Positions 1 through 12,175 of a stretch of DNA of 64,000 nt are shown here, piece after piece. Source of the stretch: Octopus sinensis. Taxonomy: Eukaryota. The position numbers were made by a program, and so were the translations under genes. The stretch covers positions 57,040,001 through 57,104,000 of the forward strand of contig NC_043007.1 of assembly GCF_006345805.1 (NCBI RefSeq), read 5' to 3'. The notes under the pieces were generated by a model. The model worked only from the letters and a program-made list of their open reading frames with translations, was not told the origin of the DNA and searched no databases. How positions within the stretch are numbered: position 1 is the stretch's first letter; each line of letters begins with the position of its first letter.

Positions 1-27
1 AGAACATAGTGAGACATCTTTATCAAT

Positions 28-72
28 GTACCTGAAGAGACCCAGACTGAGGGATCAAAACATATGTTGTAC
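28..72 (+). ncRNA. Degenerate minimal type I hammerhead ribozyme motif (family A, Penelope-LTR-like)
   Basis: gtac-CTGAAGA-gaccc..gggatc-(A)AAA-catatg-TT-gtac: stem I, core box, stem II and palindromic stem III, followed by AATAAA. G12 and the cleavage C look mutated. Confidence 0.6.
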
Positions 73-675
73 CTAATAAAAGTCTAATAAGAAATCCATA
101 TCTTACTATTAATTGATATTATATATATATGTGTGCGCGCACACACACACATATATGTGCAGGCTTTGTAGTTGGGAGAGACTGAGTGGTGTGTTGTGTT
201 CTTGAGCAAAACACTTCCTCTCACATTCCTCTGTGATCACTTTGATATCTGATACATGATGCACCATGCACATGTTCAGACAACGTTGTTTTGATTGAGA
301 GAGTGAGCTAATCTGCAGCACAAGCATTTAATCATTATAAACAAATTGTTTGTGCAGCTCATTCGGTAAAAGCTGAATGTTTATACGTTGTCTTCGAAAG
401 GAGAGTTCATCATGTATATATTTTTATATATATATTCTTTTATTCTTTTGTTTTTTCAGTCATTTGACTGTGGCCATGCTGGAGCACTGGCTTTAGTTGG
501 ACAAATCAACCCCAGCAGTTATTCTTTGCAAGCCTAGTACTTCTATTGGTCTTTTTTGCCAAACTGCTAAGTTACAGGACGTAAACACGCCAACGTCAGT
601 TGTCAAATGATAATGGGGTGACAAACATAGACACACAAACATATACATATGTGTGTGTGTGTATATATATATATA

Positions 676-1502
676 TCTCTATATAAACGGCAGTTTGTCT
701 GTCTGTGTGTCTGTCAGGTTGTACCCTCACCCTGACCACGGCTTTCAACCGATTCTGATGAAACTTGACACACACATAGCCCAATGTCATAATTCAAAAC
801 TAACGCAGAGAAAATTTTGAAAAGTTCCCCCAGTTCTGAAAAACATCGATAAATTCGACATGGGGTCGAGAATCTAAGCTTTTTATATGCAACACATTTT
901 CTGTTGTAGTTTTCGCAACTTGCAATCGATTTTCACCAAACTCATGGTGAAGCTTAATGTTACCCTAAGAAACTTAATTCTGATGTTAGTTTTCCATGCA
1001 ATACCTTACTATCAGAAAAAATTGATAAAATCATGCCATTTTGGGAAATCGCGTTCAAATTCAAGATGAAATATTTTCGACACTATCTTTCACAAATTGG
1101 CAGGAATTTTTTTTTAAATTCACAGCGAGCATCATGTCTGCTCCAAGGAGCTATATGGCCCTTTTTATTCCAATAGAATACTTTATTACTGGAAAAAATC
1201 GGTTAATTAAATCATATGTGGCACACATAGCAAACCGATTTGTGTATTAAACACAAACCACAGACTGTCTAGGGGACGCAACTCAACCTTTTTAACTCTC
1301 TTGGGAGGCGCAATGATGTTTTCATGTTTTTGCCCAAAGGGACAGCTAGGAACATCGTATACACAGAAGTATTCGAGTGAAGAGAAGACATTGCAGCCTA
1401 CACATGCGCCTTCGTTCCCTAAAGGGAAAGGACTAGATTGGGATTAGTCGTTGCCTACTAGGGGCTCTTACATACCCGGGCAACGCCGGGCTATGCTGCT
1501 AG
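676..1502 (+). mobile_element. Non-autonomous Helitron
   Basis: A|TC start in (TA)n; 3' hairpin cccgggcaacgccggg then CTAG|T. It retains the RepHel C-terminal peptide FLPKGTARNIVYTEVFE* at ~1327-1380. Confidence 0.8.
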
Positions 1503-1549
<47 letters not shown>

Positions 1550-2030
1550 CAGGATTCTTTCAGTTTCCGTTTACCAAATCCACTCACTTCAGTCAACTCA
1601 AGGCTATAGTAGAAGATACTTGCCCAAAGTGTCATGCAGTGGGACTGAACCTGGAACCATATAGTTGGGAAGCAATTTTCTTACCACACAGCCATACGTG
1701 TACCTATATATATATACACACACACACACAAATATAAAGAAATAAACAATTGTCTTATTCCTTTGTTATTTCATTTTCTTATTACTTGTCTCACACTTTG
1801 TTCTGAAACATACGCATATTGAGTTCTTCACTAGGTTAATGCCTAAGCGAAATAATATCTATATTTATATAGGTGCAAGTAGGACTGAGTATGTGGTATG
1901 AAGTTTGCTTCTCAACCACATGATTTCAGACGCAGTCCTGACTGCATGGGCGAGTATTTTCTACTATAGCTCCAGGCCAATCGAAGCCTTGTGAATGGAT
2001 TTGCTAGACAAAAACTGAAAGACACCTGTC
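1550..2030. mobile_element. Two copies of tRNA-derived SINE family 1 (1550-1705 minus, 1871-2030 plus)
   Basis: Recurrent ggctgtgtggtaagaagcttgcttcccaaccacatggtt..cagtcccactg..ggatttggtagacggaaactgaaagaagcc motif with A/B-box-like head. Other copies lie near 8117, 13690, 22720, 30060, 32990, 33920, 48400 and 62570. Confidence 0.75.
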
Positions 2031-2199
2031 ATGTATTGTGTGTGCGTGTGTCCTTGTCTTGACATTGTGATAGTTGTAAATAAGTGTCATCAACATGCAA
2101 GTGGTGTTGTGTCCCACATTTCCAATCATCCATGTACTGCTCAACACATTCTGCTGAAAACATGCAAGCATGAAACAGTGGACATTAAAATGATGATAG

Positions 2200-2460
2200 G
2201 GAAGCTTGGAGACAGGTATATCTAGCCAGGGAAGAAGCACTAAAGAAGAAGTTTGCCTATGTTCAGTAACATGAGGACCAAAGATTGCTAGACAGTGTGT
2301 GAGAGAAAATTGTGATGTCCTAGAAGCAATGTGTCCACATGGATGATGGTACACTTGCATTTAATGATTCTGCAAAGAAAGAGGCTTTAAAATGCCATTA
2401 TGAAAGACTGTTGAACATGGAGAATGAATGGGAGGAGGAGAGTCTGCCAAATGTTGACAC
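2200..2460 (+). mobile_element. RTE-like LINE ORF2 fragment
   Basis: DDGTLAFNDSAKKEALKCHYERLLNMENEWEEESLPNVD resembles the EN-RT linker of LINE ORF2. Confidence 0.55.
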
Positions 2461-2890
2461 CAGAAAATATTCCGAAAATAATCTTAATCCTGAAAGGGAA
2501 GAAATTCTTATCGTTCGATTAGACACAATGAATTGACAACGAAAAAATGAGTTGTTTTTTTACAGTAAATGTTTCTATTTTTGCTTTTGTTAAACACAAT
2601 ATTTTAATCATTTATAAATATTTTTTTGTGGATGTGTAAGATCAAAAATGTAAGATGTTTGTACAGTAAGTATTTATATTTTAGCTTTCTTTAAACAGAC
2701 AATATTTGAATTATTTTCAAGTGAATACCATTACAAAAATGTTTTTTTGGCCTATTTAAAAAATATTTTAAAGTGAAAATGACTTTAAAATTATGGTAAA
2801 TATTTTGTAAAAGACCTGTTATAACCTCAGTGTGAAATAGTTTTTTCATGGGTTTTTCTCAAGTGCATTCAACATATCTCACCCCCAAAG

Positions 2891-3001
2891 ATTTGGCAGC
2901 TATTTCTAGCATGCCCTGCTACCATGTAACAGCTATTTGCAATAAAGGACCTGAAATACCTGTTACGTGGTAGCAGGGCATGCAAGAAAAAGCAACCAAA
3001 T
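2891..3001. repeat. Inverted repeat / hairpin with 48-bp arms and ~15-nt loop
   Basis: atttggcagctatttctagcatgccctgctaccatgtaacagctattt against the reverse complement of 2954-3001: 6 differences in 48. Confidence 0.85.
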
Positions 3002-3230
3002 ATTTCCTTTTCTGGAGAAAGGAGCCATTTGCATGTGATTTCAATGTGACATTCATTGAAAGCATGCAAAATAACCCGGAAAAGAAAAAAAAACCATGAA
3101 ACAAAACTCCATTGCTAGGAAAATCAGAGTTTCTCGGTGACCCAGCAGGTAGTCTAGTATATATATATGTATATATATATATATGAAATAATTACAGAGG
3201 TATATATATATATATATGAAATAATTACAG

Positions 3231-3276
<46 letters not shown>

Positions 3277-4339
3277 ATATATATAATGCACACACACTCA
3301 AGCTGTAGACATACATACATACATACATGCATGCATGGATATAGATATATATGTAGGTGTCAAGTTGGAGGTCAGGAATGGGACAAATTAACTCCCTTCT
3401 TATAATGCATTCTTGTTTCCATTGCCTACAAGGGGCTTAAGAGCTCTGGAAGTACTTTTTAACAAGTGATATGATATACCTGGCCTCCCCCTCTTATCTC
3501 AGTTCACTGGACCTCCCATCTCAGAGGTAAAATCTTACACAAAATTTGGCTATAATTGTAAATTATCTCAGTCTCCCATGTCTTCAATAGCTTAATTCTT
3601 AATTTTGGCAGATGAAGCTTTGTAGACAAAGACTTTGTCTGGCTGATCGTAATAGATGAGATACCAGACTACACACTACAGTGAAATTCATCACCCATTG
3701 TCACAAAATCTTTATCTTGTGGAACCAAGCTGGTTGTTGTGAATATGGTGGTGGTGATAAGTCTGATCGATCTCCATCTAAAATGCAATCGATGTCCTCC
3801 TAAAACAATTTACACAATGTTTTTTCATCTTTTTAAAATTTTCATTGCAAAACTTTCTGAACTTTTTCAGTTTTTCTATATTTAATTTTGATGTAACAGT
3901 GTATGAACTCCATTGATGGAAAACTAATCTCACTAATATTTATTCAAATCTATCTATAACAATGTAGATCAACACTGCAAGGATCACTCAACATCTCTTA
4001 TTAACTTAGGTATATCCAAGGGGTCTTTAACAATAAGACTGCTAAAATTTTCACACCTAATGTGGATTTTCGACATTAATAGTGTGTTTGTATATAAATT
4101 ACATTATACACTGCATACATCAATTTGAAATAGAAAAGTGAATCTGGCCCATATGATGGAACTTATATATCTATCATTTGCTGAATGGTAAGATACAATG
4201 TTTAAGTACTGTTAGTGTTTATGCTTGACTTGTCCCTCTCAGGGTGTTTGGGCTAAATTTGACAGTTGGCATAAAAAGAAAAGAAAACAATATCTTATCT
4301 AGAAATAAAGTATTTTAAAACACCAAAAAATATCAACTA

Positions 4340-4960
4340 GATTATGACTGGAGGAAAACCGTTTACTCAGAGTAGCCACCCTAAGCTTCTACTACAGCCA
4401 CCAGATGGCTCCAGAACCTGGTGCATGCATTCCCCACTGTATCTCTGGGAAGGTCTTTGAACACCTCGGTGTTGTGGGCAGAGTTGGTTGGTGTCTTTCT
4501 CAACTGTGCCCCACACATGGTTCTGGGAATTAGGAAGCCAGAAATTGGGTCTGGAGAAGTCATAGAAATTCTTTGACAATCACTTCTGACTCTAGAGGTA
4601 AGGCAAGGAGCTGAATCCTGCTGTCATACATATGGCCTTCAAATAGTAACCCTTTCCAGCTAGGGATTGAGTACACTCTCTAACTGTTTCATACAGCCAT
4701 CTGCATTGAGCTTGAGGCCCTGTTCAAACATACAGGCGTAAATTCTGGCAGACATAATAAGAATACTTGCAGTGTCCCTTCCTAGTGGTTACAGTTTCAT
4801 AATTTCCCTTGCAGCTGTCCATGTCATATCTTACAGCCTTTACAGTGTTCACAAAGCCTTCAGCAGCAATCATGATGTTGGCATTTTGATATCTAACACA
4901 AATCCTGATGATAAAGGTAACTCTTTTCCAGCATAAAAGTAGCTTCCAGTCCTCCATGTC
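4340..4960 (-). mobile_element. Degenerate Tc1/mariner transposase remnant
   Basis: QQDSAPC and NFWLPNS-like peptides, similar to the copy at 23856-24712. Confidence 0.65.
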
Positions 4961-5115
4961 AACTAACTTTTTCTCAACTACAACTTTAATGTTCTCACCA
5001 TTGATTGTTCAGTGGTAATTAAAGCTATTCTTGAAAAAAGAGGACACAAAAAATCATTGAATTTAGCCAGAACACCTTCTAGTTTATTTACATTTACATT
5101 TATTTAATGCAATTT

Positions 5116-5398
5116 CAGTTAAGTTCACCAACACCAATTTATCACAGAAGAGTTCACCGCCATCAATTCACCATGAAGAAAGTTCACCAAGAGAAAAGTT
5201 CATTGCAAAGAAAGTTTTCTGAGAAAATATATTCATAGTGTCTCACCAGTAATAGTTCAAAACTATTTTATAAAAAAATAAATAAATAGATAAATAAAAA
5301 AAAGAAAAAAGAAAAATTGAAGTTGAAAAATTATGTCAAAAAATTTCTACAGTGAACTTTCCCTGTGGTGAATTGATGACAGTGAACTTACTGGACAT
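5116..5398. mobile_element. MITE-like element with subterminal GTTCACC/GGTGAAC repeats
   Basis: Left-half gttcacc arrays are inverted against right-half gtgaact arrays; a related copy with the same core lies at 35311-35524. Confidence 0.65.
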
Positions 5399-6379
5399 GT
5401 ATCATATGATTTAATAATCCAACTAATGTTTAATTATTCTTTTCTTATTTCCTTTTCCTTTTTTTGTCTTTATTTCAGTCTGCAATACCCGGAGATGCAC
5501 AATCTCCAACTTGTCCTCACAGCAATGACACCAATTCATTTTGTTTTTCAACATACATGGACAATAACACAGGTATATATATATATAATCTTTTTTCTGA
5601 AAACAATTTACAGATGCTACCAGTTGAAAGCTCCACATACCAGATGCTAGCAAGTTTATGAGGTCATCAGGAGAGAATGTGTGCCATTTCAGGGCTTTTC
5701 TCTTGACAGCATCATTGCACATACAGCCCCACTCACTGAAATGAGGCCCTGCTTGCTAGATCAACTGGCTGTCAGGTTTCACTCAATATTCTTCTAGCCA
5801 TTGCTCATCATCTCTTCCTAACCAAATCCAGTGGCTTGCCTTTTCCACTGTAGTCAGAATATCACTCATGGTGGTATTTACTATATGATGAGTCAGGCTT
5901 AGTCTACAGTTTCTAGTGTGGTACAACAAATAAGAGAAGGCTCAGTAGTAATTGGTCATAGTTGTAGAATGTATTGATCATAATACTAACTTTATACTTG
6001 GCTTTTATCTCCACTATATGCTTCATCAGTATAATCCCCTGATGCATCGGAGAAAATGCTGAAAATACAACAATAGGTACTGATTGGATTGCAGGACAGT
6101 TGTGGACATGAACACTGGAACCAAATTTCAATATAAGTTATGCAAATATTTTGAAAGAAATCTGTTTTAGATATTGATCTAAGAAGAAACTGATGACAGT
6201 TTAATCAACATACAACTGTCATCAGAGTCTCTCTTTCTGTCTTCCCCTTTCCCCCTATTTGTCCCTCTCTTTGTCTCCCCTCTCTCTTTCTCTACCCCTC
6301 TCTATATGTATATACTCTTGAAATAGCATGGAAACCGAATCAAGCTGTTTAAATAATATACTATTATTATTATTATTAT

Positions 6380-6875
6380 TGAGTGAGAGAGCAGTGCATG
6401 ACATCAAAGTGACACTGGGGTACAAATATACAAAGCCCAGTATACCCATCATGACTACCAGGCACATGCATCACAACCATATGTGCACAACATGGTGATC
6501 TCATATCAAGATAAACAGTGCATGACCTTGCAGGTGGGGCCCAGTTAGAATTTTCTTCTAGTCAAGTAACCCATCCTGCTCAAAAGGTCCCTGAATAAGG
6601 ATTGTTTAAGGATGTTGAACGAACCACCCATGTTTCCAAAGGTGAATTATCCAAACCTCTAAGAATTCCCTTCAACACATGGCTATGATGCTCCCCAACT
6701 ACTTCTGCTTGTGATCAGAGATGCACATATCGTCAGCCACCAAGGGACATGCTCAACTTGTTATGGTCAAACAACTGACAAGCAAATCTTTATACCAAGA
6801 CAAAACATACATGATAACACTTCCAATCAGTTAAGATCAGAAGCCACAAGAGTCACTGCCTGGTATTGCATCAGA
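6380..6875. repeat. Interspersed repeat; shorter copy at 9900-10210
   Basis: Shared tgagtgagagag..gtgcatg..catcaaagtgacactggg..gcaggtggggcccagttagaattttc..ctggtattg sequence, inserted in (ATT)n. Confidence 0.75.
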
Positions 6876-6980
6876 TTATTATTATTATTATATATGTATA
6901 TATGTATATATATATCTTCAAGGCAGTGCCCCAGCATGGCTGCAGTCAACTGCATCCATGTATATTGTATACCTGTGTAT

Positions 6981-7038
<58 letters not shown>

Positions 7039-7043
<5 letters not shown>

Positions 7044-7630
7044 GAAATATTAAAATGACTAAGTCTCTTTAAAAGAGATTACGACAGTGTTACTGGAAAT
7101 TAATTGTTATCGCCATATTAATATGGCAATCTTATAGATATAAGACTAAAAGCTGTCGCTGATTAGCTCCATGAGGCCATCGCCTTAAGATAGCTATATG
7201 ACACACAAACTGTGTCCATTAGAACCTATAAGATTGCCATATTAATATGGCGATAACAATTAATTTCCAGTAACGCTGTCGTAATCTCTTTTAGAGAGAC
7301 TTAGTAATTTTAATATTTCTATTATTGAAAACAAGTGGATGTATTCCACCGAAAATAGGTAAATAGAACCTTCGAACAGAGACGATCAGTGGCGACACCT
7401 GCTGAGTCGACTACGCTACATTGACAAGGGGCAAATACCCTGAAACGCGTCTGTAGCTGTCTGACTAGCAGTGTGAAGCGGCTGACCTCCCTTGTTCGAA
7501 GGTTCTAATGGACACAGTTTGTGTGACATATAGCTATCTTAAGGCAATGGCCTCATGGAGCTAATCAGCGACAGCTTTTAGTCTTATATCTATAAGATTG
7601 CCATATTAATATGGCGATAACAATTAATTT
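7039..7630 (+). mobile_element. Penelope-LTR/retrozyme-like element: 364-nt monomer (7227-7590), 40-nt terminal redundancy and an inverted partial copy (7039-7226)
   Basis: tataagattgccatattaatatggcgataacaattaattt occurs at 7227 and 7591. 7039-7226 is the reverse complement of the monomer junction region. Flanked by (TA)n. Confidence 0.7.
7415..7457 (+). ncRNA. Minimal type I hammerhead ribozyme motif (family B)
   Basis: gctaca-TTGACAA-gggg caaata ccct-GAAA-cgcg-TC-tgtagc: 6-bp stem I, stem II, palindromic stem III (ACGCGT) and a GUC site. The box differs from CUGANGA at two positions. Confidence 0.7.
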
Positions 7631-7675
7631 TATATATATATAAATATTATATACTATATACATACATACATACAT

Positions 7676-7717
<42 letters not shown>

Positions 7718-7720
7718 ATA

Positions 7721-7915
7721 ATCATTAGCACGCCGGGCGAAATGCTTAGCGGTATTTCATCTGCCGCTACGTTCTGAGTTCAAATTCTGCCGAGGTCAAC
7801 TTTGCCTTTCATTCTTTCAGGGTCGATAAATTAAGTACCAATTGCGTACTTGGGATCGATTTAATTGTCTGGCTTCCTTCCCCCAAATTTCGGGCCCTTG
7901 TGCCTAGAGTAGAAA
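7721..7915 (+). mobile_element. tRNA-derived SINE family 2 (Nin-domain-like core)
   Basis: gttcaaattc..gaggtcaactttgcctttcat.ctttcagggtcgataaattaagtacca. Further copies lie near 9775, 11710, 11944, 14200, 14680, 22370, 30215, 31608, 31837, 32044, 39880, 49240 and 60075. Confidence 0.75.
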
Positions 7916-7937
7916 ATATATATATTATATATACTAT

Positions 7938-7989
<52 letters not shown>

Positions 7990-8565
7990 GTATATATGTA
8001 TGTATGTATAATATATATATATGTGTGTGTGTGCATTGCCAGGGGAACAACTTAGAGGTAGTAAATAGCTTCCATTATCTAGGTGACCACACACACACAC
8101 ACACACACACACACATGATGGACTTCTTTCAGTTTCCATCTACCAAGTCCACTCACAAGGTATTAGTCAGCCTGAGGCTATAGTAGAAGACATTTGCCTA
8201 AGGTACCACACAGAGGGACTGAATCCGGAACCATGTGGCTGGGGAGCAAACTTTTTACCACACACCAATGCCTGCAACTAAAAATGTTATTCGCAGACAC
8301 TACAGAAAATTGAACTTTTCCTCTCTAATTCTGGCTGAGCCAAATGACCCCTGATGTTGTGATTACTTTTTTACATATGTCTATTAGTCTATCTATGTCC
8401 CTCTACTCTTATATGTATCCAGTGTAACCTAGTTCATTGTATGTCCCAGTGTCTAATTTATATATCTCTACTCATATGTGCATCTATAAATGTGTATTGA
8501 CATATATTTATACATGTATCTGTATGCACCTTACATGGGTGTGTGAATATATATGCATATTTACA

Positions 8566-8850
8566 TGTTGCCAGTGCCGCTGGACTGGCTACTGTGCAGG
8601 TGGCACATAAAAAGCACCATTTGAGCGTGGCCATTGCCAGTACCGCCTGACTGGCCCTTGTGCCGGTGGCACGTAAAAGCACCCACTACACTCTTGGAGT
8701 GGTTGGTGTTAGGAAGGGCATCCATCTGTAGAAACTCTGCCAGATCAGATTGGAGCCTGGTGCAGCCATCTGGTTCGCCAGTCCTCAGTCAAATTGTCCA
8801 ACCCATGCTAGCATGGAAAGTGGACGTTAAACGATGATGATGATGATGAT
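8566..8850 (+). mobile_element. LINE 3'-end-like repeat with (GAT)n tail
   Basis: gagtggttggtgttaggaagggcatcca..ccatgctagcatgga..ggacgttaaacgatgatgat; related copies near 12660 (minus), 15500, 19280 and 38876 (minus). Confidence 0.65.
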
Positions 8851-9435
8851 GTATATCTATATACATGTGCATTAACACACAAATGTGTATGTACATGGAT
8901 GTATACATATCTTTGTACCCATATTCATGTCTCTCTGCATATGCCCCTCATTTTTGTCTTGGAGAACATAATAGAATATGGCAGCAAAATATACTGCAAA
9001 GAAAAACACAGGCATCAAAGTCTCTGTTTCACACTACTCTCTACTGGAAAAGGTTCAGAGAGTGTGACCCCAAATTTTACTTTGGCTTTCATGTCTTTAT
9101 GGACAGCTTTCAGTGTTTTTACAAACTTTTAAGGGCTTCCAAATTTAGACAAAACCTCCTCCATAGGACCCTATGTTTTAATATTGCTATTTGCCATTTT
9201 ATATGTAACAACAATACTTGCATAAGATATGCATAAGATAGTTTAAAAACTGTCATCCCCATGACTCATTAGAGCAATCTGTGTTATCACACCAGCTACA
9301 AAGCATAGATATTTTGTTTCATTTTAATTGTAATATCAGAACTAAATAACAACAATCATGGGAGCTATTTCTTTTTCTTTTTCATTTCTCTACCTCTTGA
9401 ATGGAATAACTTGACTTGCAATGTTTACACTCAAG

Positions 9436-9667
9436 AGAATCATAACAGAACCAAAGAGAACAACAAGGAGAATATTTCAGCAAAAACAAATCCTGAGGTT
9501 TTCAAATATAATATTGACTTCGATGAGTATTTAAGAGGGGTTCCAGAAAATGAGTACACTAATTATTTTGAAGGATTTAATGAAATCAGAAGACTTGACC
9601 ACATTTTGTTTGAGAAGATCATAAAGGAGAAAGAAGTTAAGATGCAGAGTGCTCTTTTACAAAAACA
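9436..9667 (+). CDS. FSIP1: FSIP1-like exon A (ENHNRTKE...[29 protein letters not shown])
   Basis: Within ORF 9411-9671. Donor ca|gtaaat at 9668 is phase 2 and matches the next exon. The 5' boundary (tcaag| at 9435 or gag| at 9437) is uncertain. Confidence 0.75.
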
Positions 9668-12142
9668 GTAAATTTTAAAACTTTTTATTGTATCTTTATT
9701 ATTCATAATTTGAAAAATATATCCAAAAAAGTACATCTTGTTTACATGCTTAAAAATGATTTGAAATCTTACTGAGCTCAACTTTACCTTTCAATAAAAT
9801 AAAATATCAGTTAATTACTGGGGTCGATGTATTCAACTTATTCCCCATCCCAAATTTCAGGCCTTGTGCCTATAGCAGAAAGGATTACTATTATTATTAT
9901 TGAGTGAGAGAGAAGTGCATGCCATCAAAGTGACACTGGGATAAAATATACGAAGCCCAATAAACCTGTCTGATATGGGTACACCAGGCACATGCATCAC
10001 AACCATATGTGTGTGGCATGGTGTTCTCATATCAAGATAAACAGTGCATGACCTTGCAGGTGGGGCCCAGTTAGAATTTTCTTCAGGTCAAGTAGCCCAT
10101 CCTGCTCAAAAGGTCCCCACGTAAAGATTGTTTAAGGATGTTGAATGAAACACCCATACTTTCTAAGGTGAATTACTCAAGTGCCTCTTCCTGGTATTGT
10201 ATTGCATCAGTTTGTTTTGTTATGAGGTTTGTGCTATCTCAAGATCGTGTTTTCCACATAATGCCCAATGAACAATTTCTGCAATGTTATTGTTATGTTG
10301 CTTGTATTCTTTCTGTGTCAGCTTTGTGCACTAACTGGTGATATACCACACAGTTTCTCCATTTGCTCTGCCCATTCCACACTTTTCTGTTGTGCTTGAG
10401 TTGTCAATCTTGTGTACAACATAATTTGTCCTCAGGGCCTCCTCCTGTGCAGCGCAAATTAAAGCTTCTGTTTTTGGTTTAAGCTCTTTTTTCTGCATCT
10501 ATAAGCTGCCACTTCTCCAAATTGATTTCAGCTTCTCTCCCTGTAAAATTGTCCATACATCGTCTTTTCTTTCCACCTTCTTATGGTTTTAATTTACTTC
10601 TTTTTGTATTCAGATTTTTCTTTGCTATATCCAATTTTTACCCAGTTTGACTTTTTCACATGCAATGGCTTTGGTTCAGTGGCATCCTTTATGTATCAAA
10701 CTACACTGTTCTCTTCTGCTCTCACACATCCTTCAGAACTGATGAGTCCTTTCCCTCCCTCCCTCCTCCCTTCTTTCTTGACATGTATAACTTGGATGAA
10801 ATGTTCTGTTGATTGTGAATAACTTCACTTTCCTATCCTAACATTGTAACTCATCAACTGTCCACCCAACCACTCCAGCAGCATATGTTAGCAGTGATAC
10901 TGTCTAAATATTAAGTGCTTCATATTTATTCCTGCCATTCAACTTTGATTTTAGTATCAATCTCGCTCTCCTGGAATATTTTTCTGTAATCCTAGTTTTC
11001 ATTTCCTACTCCATCAAGTTATCCATTTCCAAACTTCTCAGACATTTGTAGTCATTCTCATCTATTTGCTGCATGGCCTCTCCTGAATGGTATTACTACT
11101 CTGTCCAGGTGTTTAATCTTACCCAGTTTCAGAATGAGCACACCACATTTCTGTAAGCCTCATTGCCAAACTCAGATGCCCAAACTAAAGTCATACTCAG
11201 TATCCACAAGTGAACTAATTTGAGATTCATCTTTCCCATATAATTTCAGATCATTCATGAATTATAAATGATTAACCCTTTGATGTTGTCCCATGAACTC
11301 ATACTCTGCTTTAGTTCTTCTTAAGTTCATTGTCAAAGGCACCATGTACAGTACAAACAACAATGGGGACAAACTATCTCCCTGAAACATGCCTCCTGAT
11401 TTCAGTTACACCCAAATTTGTCCATCTTGTGTTAACTCATTCTTCCATTTTTCCCTACTTTTTCTCTGAAAATCTTCTCTATTCTTTGCAATTCCAAATA
11501 TATCTAAGCATTCTCTAATCTATAAGTGTGGAATCAAATCATATATCTATCATCATCACCATCACCATACCCCCCCCCCACTATTATTATTGTTATTATT
11601 ATTATTATTATTATAATTATTATTATTATTATAATTATTATTATTATTATATTATTATTATTAATTTCAGACCTTGTGCCTATAGTAAAAAGGATTATTA
11701 TTATTATTAAGGTGAGAAGCTGGCAGAATCATTAGCATGCTGGGCAAAATGCTTGATGGCATTTTGTCTATCCTTACATTCTTAGTTCAAATTCCACCAA
11801 GGTCGACTTTGCCTTTCATCCTTTCAGGGTCAATAAATTAAGTACCAGTGAAACACTGATTGAGGTTGATTGTAACTGGCTAGTCCACAACCCCCAAATT
11901 TCAGGCCTTGTGCCTTTAGTAGGAAGGATTATTATTATTATTAAGGTGGTGAGCTGGCAGAATCGTTAGCTTGCTAGATAAAATGCTTAGCAGTATTTTG
12001 CCCATCACTATATTCTGCTGAGGTTGACTTTGCCTTTTATCCTTTCAGGATTGATAAATTAAGTACCAGTGAAACGCTGGGGTTGATATAATCGACTAGC
12101 CCCTCTCCCAAAATTTCAGGCCTTGTGCCTTTAGTAGAAAAG

Positions 12143-12175
<33 letters not shown>

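Noticed and set aside
1871-1950. tRNA gene
   Set aside because: The A/B-box-like sequence is the head of a multi-copy SINE; no complete cloverleaf was seen.
3119-3148. Possible 30-nt upstream FSIP1 micro-exon (ctag|...cag|gtag)
   Set aside because: Weak acceptor context and no recognisable homology.
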